Part shown: piece after piece, positions 1-7,744 of the stretch
Layout: every line of letters begins with the position of its first letter
Numbering within the stretch: position 1 is the first letter of the stretch
Origin: an uncultured Pseudomonadota bacterium
GTDB taxonomy: Bacteria; Myxococcota_A; UBA796; SXON01
Direction: 5' to 3'
NCBI GenBank assembly: GCA_903885375.1
Contig: CAISIK010000054.1
Location: forward strand, 3,403 to 67,402
DNA length: 64,000 bases
Position numbers and translations under genes: made by a program
The notes under the pieces: model-generated
What the model was told of the DNA's origin: nothing
The model's database searches: none
The model's input: only the letters and a program-made list of their open reading frames with translations

Positions 1-293
1 TGAGTCCGAAGGCCAGCCGGTTGAACCGTGCGACACAGGGCGGCGCAAGCAGGACGGGGAAGCCCGGCCGCGTTTGCTGACACCGTAGATGGCCAGACCG
101 GGCTGAAGATCGCCTTGGGGCGTAGCGAAGGGAGACGGTGTGATTGCGGCGGCGAGAAGAGAACGGCGCGCTCCATTGACCTGAACGCTTCAGCGCTCAC
201 CAGAAGTAGACCGCCCGCGGCGCCGCGAGGGCGCCTCGGTGGCGGGCAGCGGCGCCGCGAGCGCGGGGCTTCCTGCGCGAAGGTCGGCGGCGA

Positions 294-596
294 TCAGGCC
301 CGCGAGGAGCCGTAGCGCATCGGTCGGGGAGTCGGCTCTCCCGACGAACTGCCAATGGGCACCCGCTCCCAGAGCTCGTTTTCCGGCACGCCGGCGAGAG
401 GGCCGGATGTCAGCAGGCACCGGCGCGCCTTTGGCGTCAGCGACCGCTTCCGGTGGATGAGCTCGCTCCAGTACGATCGGGAGAGGCCGAGCGAGTCGGC
501 GAAGTCCCCGTGGCTGAGGTGGTGGGCTTCGAGGCGACCCGCTACGATCGCGGCGTTCAGCCAGAAGCGTGCGGTGACGGGCGGGTGATTCTGCAT
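294..596 (-). CDS. XRE/Cro-CI-type helix-turn-helix regulator (100 aa)
   Basis: The ORF translation contains 'LSHGDFADSLGLSRSYWSELIHRKRSLTPK', a typical HTH_3-like segment. It is divergent from the 675(+) gene across 78 bp that carry a repeated motif. Confidence 0.6.
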   Translation of the reverse strand: MQNHPPVTARFWLNAAIVAGRLEAHHLSHGDFADSLGLSRSYWSELIHRKRSLTPKARRCLLTSGPLAGVPENELWERVPIGSSSGEPTPRPMRYGSSRA

Positions 597-605
597 GTGC
601 TGTCA

Positions 606-684
606 TGTGTACGCATCTGCAATCATCACATCCGCAGCCGTCGGCAGGGGTCGCTCATCTCATTGTGTGCGCATATGCAATCAC
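606..684. promoter_or_regulatory. Two copies of an operator-like motif TGTGT(A/G)CGCAT(C/A)TGCAATCA in a divergent promoter region
   Basis: 'tgtgtacgcatctgcaatca' starts at 606 and 'tgtgtgcgcatatgcaatca' at 664. The second copy overlaps the ATG at 675. A third related copy 'cgcataagcaatca' lies at 4264-4277. Confidence 0.45.
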
Positions 685-1820
685 TCGACGAGTGGCGAGT
701 TTCGAATCGAGTCGCCACTTTCGATAGAAGTGGCTACTTTCAGACCGTGGACCCTCTCGTCACAGCGCTGGAAGGCCTCGGGCTGCATTCCGAGCAGCGC
801 ATCGTGGTCGACGACCATGAGTACCAGGTCGACTTCGTGACCAGCGATCGGCGCGTCGTCCTCGAGGTGAAGCGGACGGGAGGTGGCCTGCGCGACGTGC
901 ACGCAGCAGCGCTACAGGTCGCGATGTACGCGAGTGCCCTCGGAGCCGAGCGGGGCATCGTCCTACTGTGCGGCAGCCGGGTTTCCGCGGCGGGGCTTCG
1001 CGACGAGTGGCAGAAGCTCCTCAGGGTCTTGGCGCCGGATGTCGCCAGTCGGCTGGGGCTGGTCGCCATCCTCGAGGAGGACGTCGTGATCGAGCCGGAC
1101 GAGCCGTTGTCGAGGGACATTGCCGAGGCCGCTGCGGATGCGGGGGGCCGGACTGCCCCCAAGCTGCGCGGGAACCGCTCCTTCGAAGTCATGCGCGTCC
1201 TCCTCTCGCGATGGCTGCTGCATCGCGGCCGGATCGCCGTTGGCGAGCTCCAGAGTCAAACCGGCCTGTCGCACCCAAGCGTCAGCAAGGCGCTCGCGGC
1301 GCTGGGCCCCGCGGTCGAGCGGCGACGCGATCGGAGCGTGGCGCTCCGCGCGTTCCCCAGCGAGGCATGGGCCCAGCTCGTCGCGCTGGCCCCGAAGGTG
1401 CGGCAGACCGCAGCGTTTGTGGACGAGTCGGGACGTGGCGGCGATCCCCAACGGCTGCTGGACCGCGTGCGTCGGACTCCTCCGCCCGGTGTCGCCGTCG
1501 CCGGTGTCGTCGCTGCGCGTCACTGGCACACCGGCTTGGACCTCGAAGGACTCCCCCGCCTCGACCTCTCCGTCCACGCCCCCGAGGGGGGAATGGACAC
1601 CGCCTTCGTCGCCAAGCTCGACCCCGCCCTGGTGCCCGCGCCGCCCGGTACGCCACCCTTGCTCGTCCTCCACGCGGTGCCGCGTGCAGAGAGCCTCTTC
1701 GTGCCCCTCGCCTCAGGGCCGCCCTGGGCTGACCCCGTCGAGGCGCTCCTCGACCTCTACGAGCTACGACTCATCGAGCAAGCGGACGATCTGGTCCGCG
1801 CCCTGCGGAGGACTCCGTGA
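675..1820 (+). CDS. Hypothetical protein with an N-terminal PD-(D/E)xK-like nuclease motif and a central winged-HTH (AbiEi-like antitoxin/regulator candidate)
   Basis: Internal ATG at 675 of ORF 453..1820. 'QVDFVTSDRRVVLEVK' fits the D...ExK restriction-endonuclease-fold pattern, and 'IAVGELQSQTGLSHPSVSKALAALG' is wHTH-like. The stop overlaps the next start (GTGA at 1817-1820). Confidence 0.5.
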   Translation: MQSLDEWRVSNRVATFDRSGYFQTVDPLVTALEGLGLHSEQRIVVDDHEYQVDFVTSDRRVVLEVKRTGGGLRDVHAAALQVAMYASALGAERGIVLLCGSRVSAAGLRDEWQKLLRVLAPDVASRLGLVAILEEDVVIEPDEPLSRDIAEAAADAGGRTAPKLRGNRSFEVMRVLLSRWLLHRGRIAVGELQSQTGLSHPSVSKALAALGPAVERRRDRSVALRAFPSEAWAQLVALAPKVRQTAAFVDESGRGGDPQRLLDRVRRTPPPGVAVAGVVAARHWHTGLDLEGLPRLDLSVHAPEGGMDTAFVAKLDPALVPAPPGTPPLLVLHAVPRAESLFVPLASGPPWADPVEALLDLYELRLIEQADDLVRALRRTP

Positions 1821-2704
1821 GCAGTGCTGGCACCGTCGATCCTCGTGCCCTCTTCGCGCGCCTCCGCGACGAGCTTCCCGGCGACGTGACCGACCACATC
1901 GTCGTCGTCGGGAGCCTGGCCGCGGCCTACCACCACGCCGACCAGGTGGGGCGCGGCGTGAAGACCAAGGACGCCGACCTCGTCATCCACCCCGCAGGCC
2001 ACACGGTCGCCGCCCAGGAGATCGCGACCCGCCTCCTGCTACGCGGCTGGCGCGAACGTGCTCGTGACCGGGAGCCCGGCACCGCCTTGACGCCGCCCGA
2101 CGAGTTGCCCGCAATCCGACTCTACCCGCCCGACCACGACGACTACTTCGTCGAGCTGCTCATGGTCCCCGCGGGCGAGACGCCGGGTGCGAAGCCGTGG
2201 GTGAGCGTGGAACTGCCGGGCGGCTACTATGGGCTGCCCGGCTTCGAGTTCCTCGCGCTCACGATGATTGACCGGCAGCGCGGGGCCGACGGCATCGCGT
2301 ACGCCCACCCGGCGATGATGGCGCTTGCGAACCTGCTCTCGCACCGGGAGCTGCGGCACCACGTCATGAGCGCGCCCATCGGCGGGCGGCTCGTCGAGCG
2401 CTACGCGAAGGATCTGGGGCGGGTGCTCGCGCTCGCCCGGTTGGCCAGCCGTGAAGACGTCGAAGCCTGGGCGCCTCGGTGGCTGTTCGCGTTGCAGGCG
2501 TGCTTCCCAACGAGATGGCCGGAGCTTGCCGCGTCGGTGGGTGCGGGACTCCGCGCGCTCCTCGACGATGCCGCGTTCGAGGAGGCGTGGCACTGCTGCA
2601 ACGTCGGCCTGCTCGCGAACATGGGCGTCATGGAGACGCAGCTGAGGGCGATCGCGCGGCAGGTGATCGTGGATGCGATTGAGCCGGTGGAGGGGGCGTC
2701 GTGA
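1817..2704 (+). CDS. Nucleotidyltransferase-fold protein (Pol-beta superfamily; AbiEii/DUF1814-like toxin candidate)
   Basis: The N-terminal 'VVVGSLAAAYHH...GVKTKDADLVI' matches the GS...DxD minimal-NTase signature. At 295 aa it is similar in size to AbiEii. It is translationally coupled on both sides. Confidence 0.5.
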   Translation: MSSAGTVDPRALFARLRDELPGDVTDHIVVVGSLAAAYHHADQVGRGVKTKDADLVIHPAGHTVAAQEIATRLLLRGWRERARDREPGTALTPPDELPAIRLYPPDHDDYFVELLMVPAGETPGAKPWVSVELPGGYYGLPGFEFLALTMIDRQRGADGIAYAHPAMMALANLLSHRELRHHVMSAPIGGRLVERYAKDLGRVLALARLASREDVEAWAPRWLFALQACFPTRWPELAASVGAGLRALLDDAAFEEAWHCCNVGLLANMGVMETQLRAIARQVIVDAIEPVEGAS

Positions 2705-3135
2705 TGCAAGTACAGCTCGGCGGATATCTGGTTGAGGCCGACGCCGAGGCCACCGCGGCAGCCTACGCGGGTATTTCGACCCCTGGCCCCGAGGCCTGCA
2801 AGTGCTGGTACTGTCAGAACTGGGTGGCGGGCCGCGAGCAGCTCGTGCCGCCCGCTGTCCGCGACCTGTTGGCCTCGCTCGGGATTCCGCTGGCCGGCGA
2901 GATCGAGGTCTGGGAGGTTCCAGGCGATGCGGAACCTCACATTTACGGCGGGTGGTACATGCTGATCGGGCGAGTTGTGCAGGGGCCGGTTCCGTCGGCA
3001 AGCGTCTCACGCGAAGGCTGGGACCTGACCTTCTCGCACGGCGCGAGCTACCCGGTTCCGGCCTTCGCAGGCCAGCAAATCTGTGAACTCCACTTCCTGT
3101 GCGGCGTCGGGAACTTCATCCCTGACCCCCAATGA
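2701..3135 (+). CDS. Hypothetical small protein with a 'CKCWYCQNW' Cys motif
   Basis: The ORF start overlaps the preceding stop (GTGATG at 2701-2706). I recognise no family. Confidence 0.4.
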   Translation: MMQVQLGGYLVEADAEATAAAYAGISTPGPEACKCWYCQNWVAGREQLVPPAVRDLLASLGIPLAGEIEVWEVPGDAEPHIYGGWYMLIGRVVQGPVPSASVSREGWDLTFSHGASYPVPAFAGQQICELHFLCGVGNFIPDPQ

Positions 3136-3210
3136 CGGGCGTCACGGGGTCCTTCCTGGGGCACGGTCTGCCCGTCAACGAGTCATCGGCCACGGAACGC
3201 CGCGAGGGAT

Positions 3211-3786
3211 ATGGAGTGCCCCATGCGTAGCGCAGAGGTGGCCGGCTCCCGCGTCGAGATCCTCGTCGGCGACATCACCGTCCAGGACGTCGACGCCATC
3301 GTGAACGCCGCGAACTCGTCGCTCCTCGGCGGAGGCGGCGTGGACGGTGCCATCCATCGAGCGGGCGGACCGAAAATCCTGGAGGAGTGCCGTGCCATTG
3401 TCGCGCGGCAAGGGGGCTGCAAGGCCGGTGAGGCGGTCGCGACCACGGGTGGTCGGCTGCGCGCGCGCTTCGTCGTCCACACCGTCGGCCCCGTCTGGCA
3501 GGGCGGCCTCCACCGCGAGGGTGCGGTCCTGGCGCGTTGTTGGACCCGCAGCCTCGACGTCGCTCAGGCGCGCGGCTGTCGCACGGTCGCCTTTCCGGCG
3601 ATCAGCACGGGGGCCTACGGGTACCCGATGGACGCGGCCGCGAGGGAATCGTTGCGCGCGGCCGGCACCTGGCTCCGGGAACGTCCGGGGGAGGTGGACC
3701 TGATTCGGGTGCTGCTCATGAAGGAGCGCGACGCGGAGGTGTGGTCCCAGCAGATTGGGCACCTGCTCCCCCCGCAAGGCGCTTGA
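3211..3786 (+). CDS. Macro-domain protein (ADP-ribose/O-acetyl-ADP-ribose hydrolase, YmdB-like)
   Basis: 'VGDITVQDVDAIVNAANSSLLGGGGVDGAIHRAGG', 'VVHTVGPVW' and 'VAFPAISTGAYGYP' are the canonical macro-domain motifs. Confidence 0.85.
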   Translation: MECPMRSAEVAGSRVEILVGDITVQDVDAIVNAANSSLLGGGGVDGAIHRAGGPKILEECRAIVARQGGCKAGEAVATTGGRLRARFVVHTVGPVWQGGLHREGAVLARCWTRSLDVAQARGCRTVAFPAISTGAYGYPMDAAARESLRAAGTWLRERPGEVDLIRVLLMKERDAEVWSQQIGHLLPPQGA

Positions 3787-3847
3787 TCGGCCGCGCCCTG
3801 CCCTGCGGCTTTCTGCGTGCCAGGGGGCTCGCAGATATCAGGTTCGG

Positions 3848-4213
3848 ATGTACGCCCCTCCGCCGAAGCTGAACCTCCTCGTGATCCGGTCGCCCGACAT
3901 CGACCGGGCGGCGATCTTCTACCAGACCCTCGGCCTCCTCCTCGACCTTCACTCCCACGGGTCGGGGCCCGAGCACTTCGTCGCTGTCGTGGACGGCTTG
4001 GCCTTCGAGATCTACCCGCTCTTGAAAGGGCAATTGCCGACGACCGATGCGCGGCTCGGCTTCACTGTGGACAGCGTCGATGAGCTGGTTCCGCTGCTTG
4101 AACGGGCCGGTGCGGCAGTGACCGTGCGCCCGCACGATCGCGACGGTGGGCGGCATGCGGTCGTGACGGACTTCGACGGGCATCGAGTGGAGCTTTTCAC
4201 CCCGGCCACATGA
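3848..4213 (+). CDS. Glyoxalase/bleomycin-resistance/VOC-family protein
   Basis: Internal ATG at 3848. The protein is 121 aa with a beta-alpha-beta-beta-beta-like sequence, 'LNLLVIRSPDIDRAAIFYQTLGL...GHRVELF'. Confidence 0.65.
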   Translation: MYAPPPKLNLLVIRSPDIDRAAIFYQTLGLLLDLHSHGSGPEHFVAVVDGLAFEIYPLLKGQLPTTDARLGFTVDSVDELVPLLERAGAAVTVRPHDRDGGRHAVVTDFDGHRVELFTPAT

Positions 4214-4234
4214 GGCGGGCCTCCGTTGTCGCAC

Positions 4235-4279
4235 TTGACATCGCCCCCGCACGGACTAAAGTTCGCATAAGCAATCAAC
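4235..4279 (+). promoter_or_regulatory. Sigma-70-like promoter (TTGACA-N16-TAAAGT) with an overlapping operator-like motif
   Basis: 'ttgaca' at 4235-4240 and 'taaagt' at 4257-4262, followed by 'cgcataagcaatca'. These are AT-rich hexamers in a GC-rich context, 13 bp upstream of the ATG at 4292. Confidence 0.45.
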
Positions 4280-4291
4280 GGAGCACCCCCG

Positions 4292-4834
4292 ATGCCGCGA
4301 ACCCCCAACCCGTCCCCCTCACTCGAAGTCACAGAGCCGACCGATATCGGCCGCGCGATGGGCGAAGTCGCCTTCTACCGCGAGCACAACACCGCGTTCG
4401 GGCCCTACCTCCGCAAGCTGCGCGAGGAGCGCGGGATCTCGCTCAGAGACGCGGCCGACCAGCTCGGCATGACCTTCGCCAAGCTCCAGAAGATGGAGAC
4501 TGGCGGTCGCTTCCGCATCGACAGCCTCAGCCTGTTCAGCGCGCTCGCCGACGTCTACGTCCGCCCGCGCGCTGAGGTCCTGGAGGCAGCGGGCATCCGC
4601 GTTCTGGAGCCCCACGCGCTCACCAACGAGCTGGACGAGGAGGCCGCGTTCGCCCGCCTCGTGCTGAACCCGGCGCTCCGGCCGATGCGGATGGACGACC
4701 GCTGGCTCGACTCGTTCTCGGCGCTCCAGAAGAAGCAGTGGGTCGAGTTCGCGAAGCGGCTGGAGGCCTTCTTCCACGCCGGCGGCTCGATCGCCGCGAT
4801 CCTCGAACCCGAGCCCGAAGCGAGTCCCGAATGA
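4292..4834 (+). CDS. XRE-family HTH protein with a C-terminal extension
   Basis: 'FGPYLRKLREERGISLRDAADQLGMTFAKLQKMETG' is a clear HTH_3 pattern. The stop overlaps the recombinase ATG (ATGA at 4831-4834). Confidence 0.65.
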   Translation: MPRTPNPSPSLEVTEPTDIGRAMGEVAFYREHNTAFGPYLRKLREERGISLRDAADQLGMTFAKLQKMETGGRFRIDSLSLFSALADVYVRPRAEVLEAAGIRVLEPHALTNELDEEAAFARLVLNPALRPMRMDDRWLDSFSALQKKQWVEFAKRLEAFFHAGGSIAAILEPEPEASPE

Positions 4835-6561
4835 CCGCGGTCGACAAGCCATCCGCCACGGCGACCATCCCGCGCGTCGCCATCTACGCCCGTTGCTCGG
4901 CCGACAAGCAGGCAGAGAAGGACCTCTCCATCCCCGCCCAGCTCGACGCCTGCCGGGTGGGCGCGAAGCATCGCGGCTGGGAAGTGGTCGCCGACTTCGT
5001 CGACGCCGCTGAGTCGGCCACCACCGACGACCGCCCGCAGTTCCGCGAGATGATTGCCGCTGCGAAACAGAAACCGCCGCCGTTCGACTACATCGTCGTC
5101 TGAAAGTTCAGCCGCTTCTCCCGCAACCGCGAGGACAGCGTCCTCTACAAGCGGATCCTGGAGCGCAACCGCGTGCGCGTGGTCTCGCTCAACGAGCCCG
5201 TCGACGACTCGCCGTCGGGACGGATGCTGGAGGCGATCCTCGAGTCGGTGGACGAGTTCTACAGCCAGAACCTCGCCCAGGACATCTGTCGCGGCCTGCG
5301 CAAGAACGCCTCGATGGGCTTCCGCAACGGCGGTCCGCCATCCATCGGCTACCGCAAGCGCGCGACGGGGCCGTCCGACGGTGCGCCGCGGATCATCCTG
5401 GAGCCCGACCCGCAGCGGGCGCCGCTGGTCCAGCGCATCTTCCGCATGGCCCGCGCCGGCGAGGGCGTGACGAGCATCGCCGCCGCCCTCCACGCCGAAG
5501 GGATCCGCACGCCGCGGGGCAAGTCGCTGCTCAAGACGAGCATCCACAAGCTGCTGCTCAACGACGTGTACATCGGGGTGACGACCTGGGGCGTGCACCG
5601 CACCGGGCTCCAGAAGCACAAGCCCTCCGACCCCATCAAGAAGGCCGACACCCACGAGGGCCTCGTGAGCAAGGAGGACTTCGAGCAGGTGCAGCGCATG
5701 CTCGCCGCCCGGGCGCCCGAGATCGTCAGCCAGAACACGCTCGCAAGCGACTACCTCCTCTCGGGGCTGATCTTCTGCGCGCAATGCGGCTCGCCGTTCT
5801 TCGGCCACAACGCGCGGAGCGGCGAATACCGGTACTACGTCTGCCAAAAGAAGAGGAAGCTCGGCGCCGAAGCGTGTGCCGCGAAGCCGCTGCCGAAGGA
5901 CGAGACGGAGGCTGCGGTCATCGACCTGCTCCGACGCGAGGTCCTGTCAGCGAGGTACCTGCGCGAGCTGCTCGACCTCGTGAACGAGGAGGCCGACGCG
6001 GTCGGGGTGGCCGCCCGCGCGGACGTCGAGGCCGTCGCCGCGCAGCTCGCGGACGCTCGCCGCAAGCTCGACAACCTGTACCGGGCGATCGAGGACGGTG
6101 GGATCGACCTCTCCATCCTCGCCCCGCGCATTCGCGAGGTGAGGAGCAACGTCGACACGCTGACGGCGAACCACGCGCGACTCGCGACGGCGTCCACACC
6201 GGTCGTCCGCCTCGCCGACGACGCCACCATCGCTCGCTACGTCGAGCGCCTTCGCGCGATCCCCGCGACGGGCACGCCAAACGCCCAGCGCGCCTTCCTC
6301 CGCGCCTGGATCGCGCGCATCGAGGCCGACGGCATGAAGCTGACCGTGACCTTCACGCTACCCGCCGACCTTGGCGGATCCTCCGCGAACCACGGGGAGA
6401 ACTCTGGTCGGACCAGAGTTCTGCCCCGGGTTGCGAATGGTGGAGGCGGCGGGAGTCGAACCCGCGTCCGAAGCATCATCCAACTCTCGAGATACGTGGC
6501 CTTCCGCATACCCTGCGGCGGGTGTCATCCCCTTTGGGGATCGTCAGAGCTCCCTGTTTGA
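4831..6561 (+). pseudogene. Large serine recombinase (resolvase/invertase N-domain plus recombinase and coiled-coil C-terminal domains) interrupted by an in-frame TGA at 5101-5103
   Basis: 'RVAIYARCSADKQ' carries the catalytic Ser motif. 'FDYIVV*KFSRFSRNRED' corresponds to the conserved '..vvWklDRlsRn' motif, so the stop replaces the Trp codon (TGG to TGA). ORFs 4738..5103 and 5173..6561 are in the same frame. The ORF tail runs through the tmRNA 3' end. Confidence 0.85.
6394..6426 (-). terminator. Strong GC-flanked hairpin 12 nt downstream of the tmRNA CCA end (terminator/processing signal, or a recombinase site)
   Basis: 'agaactctggtc g gaccagagttct' is a perfect 25-bp palindrome at 6398-6422, flanked by ggg/ccc. 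No U-tract follows. Confidence 0.35.
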
Positions 6562-6806
6562 ACTTCGTTCGTCCGCCGGTTGCCCATCCGCGGAGTCGCT
6601 GCGTGCCTGGATTACACCCGAATGAGGTCGGCCGGTCTCATCCGAATGCCGAGGGCTCGTAATGGCCCTCGGACTTCAACTAAGCCGCGAGGGCCTGGGT
6701 GAAGTGTTCGCTGTTGTTGGCAGCTTGGTTTTGGTTCACTCACAGCGGAACCACACTCGCCACGCCCGTCGGTATTCAGACACCTCGTCGAAACCGGTAC
6801 GCCCCC
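6438..6806 (-). ncRNA. ssrA: tmRNA (SsrA), 369 nt
   Basis: On the minus strand the 5' end is 'GGGGGCGTACCGGTTTCGACG' and the 3' end is 'GGACGCGGGTTCGACTCCCGCCGCCTCCACCA'. The acceptor stem has a G3:U pair. An internal tag ORF (6680-6721, minus) reads GCC AAC AAC AGC GAA CAC TTC ACC CAG GCC CTC GCG GCT TAG, which translates to ANNSEHFTQALAA*. Confidence 0.92.
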
Positions 6807-7417
6807 GGAAAGGAAGTGGGCGCAAGCGCCCGTTCACCCGCAGTATGCACACGGGTGCGGCATGCGGCAAGGGGTGACATCACGAAGGGCAGGGTGCTCG
6901 CCCGTCGCGATACACTGATACATGAGGCGGCCGCGTCGGATGCGTCGTGACGGCGGAGCCAGCCACCGCTGGTGACGTGCTGGATCCACATCTCGCCGCG
7001 TCGTGTTGACGTCGGGAGCCGCACCCTTGGTGGCCGCAGCGCGCCGGTTGGCGCTTCAGTGCCAAGACCTCGCGGCCCGACACATCAGGGCAGCACGTGG
7101 ATGGCTGCGCACCGCGTCACCGAACGCGCACACCGTCCGTGGTTGGGGACACATGTATCACAACGCGTATCGCCCAATGCGCGCTCGATCGCGGCCCAAG
7201 CCTGCGCTCTCCGCCCCGGGGGCGTTCCCCCTGCCCCCCAACGCGAGCGCAGGCAGGCACGAAATGCTGCCCTGCGGGCGCGCGCGACGTTCGACTGGCG
7301 GCCAGTGATACACATGATGTGTCGACGCCGGCGACCCGCCCCCGTCCCGATCCAGCCGGGCCCACTGCAGGCCGCCCGGCTCACCGGCAACCGGCAGCGG
7401 GAGGCGCGACCAGCCCG

Positions 7418-7660
7418 CCCGTCCCCCGTTTGGCCTGCCCGTGGCGAGGCGATGCACGTTCCCTCCCCGGCCGCTGTGACACACGCGCTGCCTGGCCTTC
7501 CCCCACACCATCCGGGCGAGGCGCCCAGCTTCCCGGAGCACCGCCGCCCGCCACGCGCACCCGCCCCACGAGCCGCCCCCACCCCTCCCGTCCCCCATTT
7601 GGTCTGCCGCGGAGGGGTGGCCCACGTTCCCCGCCCCGGCCATTGCGACACACGCGCGCC
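7418..7660. repeat. Two roughly 75-bp imperfect direct repeats (7418-7492 and 7587-7660) in a long non-coding region
   Basis: 'cccgtcccccgtttggcctgcc...cacgttccctccccggcc...gacacacgcgc' compared with 'cccgtcccccatttggtctgcc...cacgttccccgccccggcc...gacacacgcgc'. Confidence 0.5.
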
Positions 7661-7744
7661 TCCCCTCCCCTCCGCGATCCACCCCCGCACCCTCCACGTC
7701 CCCGCGCCCCCGGTTAGCGCCCGCGCAACGGAGACGAACTGGCA

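Larger units (their letters stand above)
1..6437. mobile_element. Putative integrated genomic island at the tmRNA 3' end; left boundary not identified and may lie outside the window
   Basis: A large serine recombinase gene reads toward and into the tmRNA 3' end at 6438. The cargo is typical accessory content: XRE regulators, nuclease-like/wHTH plus NTase module, macro domain, VOC. No second copy of the tmRNA 3' sequence was seen between 1 and 6400. Confidence 0.55.

Noticed and set aside
1-293. Possible gene fragment or att repeat at the extreme left edge.
   Set aside because: No ORF has protein-like composition, and I found no similarity to the tmRNA 3' end or to the junction palindrome, so nothing can be supported.
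5101-5103. The TGA in the recombinase as a selenocysteine codon.
   Set aside because: The position corresponds to a conserved Trp, not a Cys/Sec site. I see no obvious SECIS-like hairpin immediately downstream, and no selenoprotein precedent is known to me for serine recombinases.
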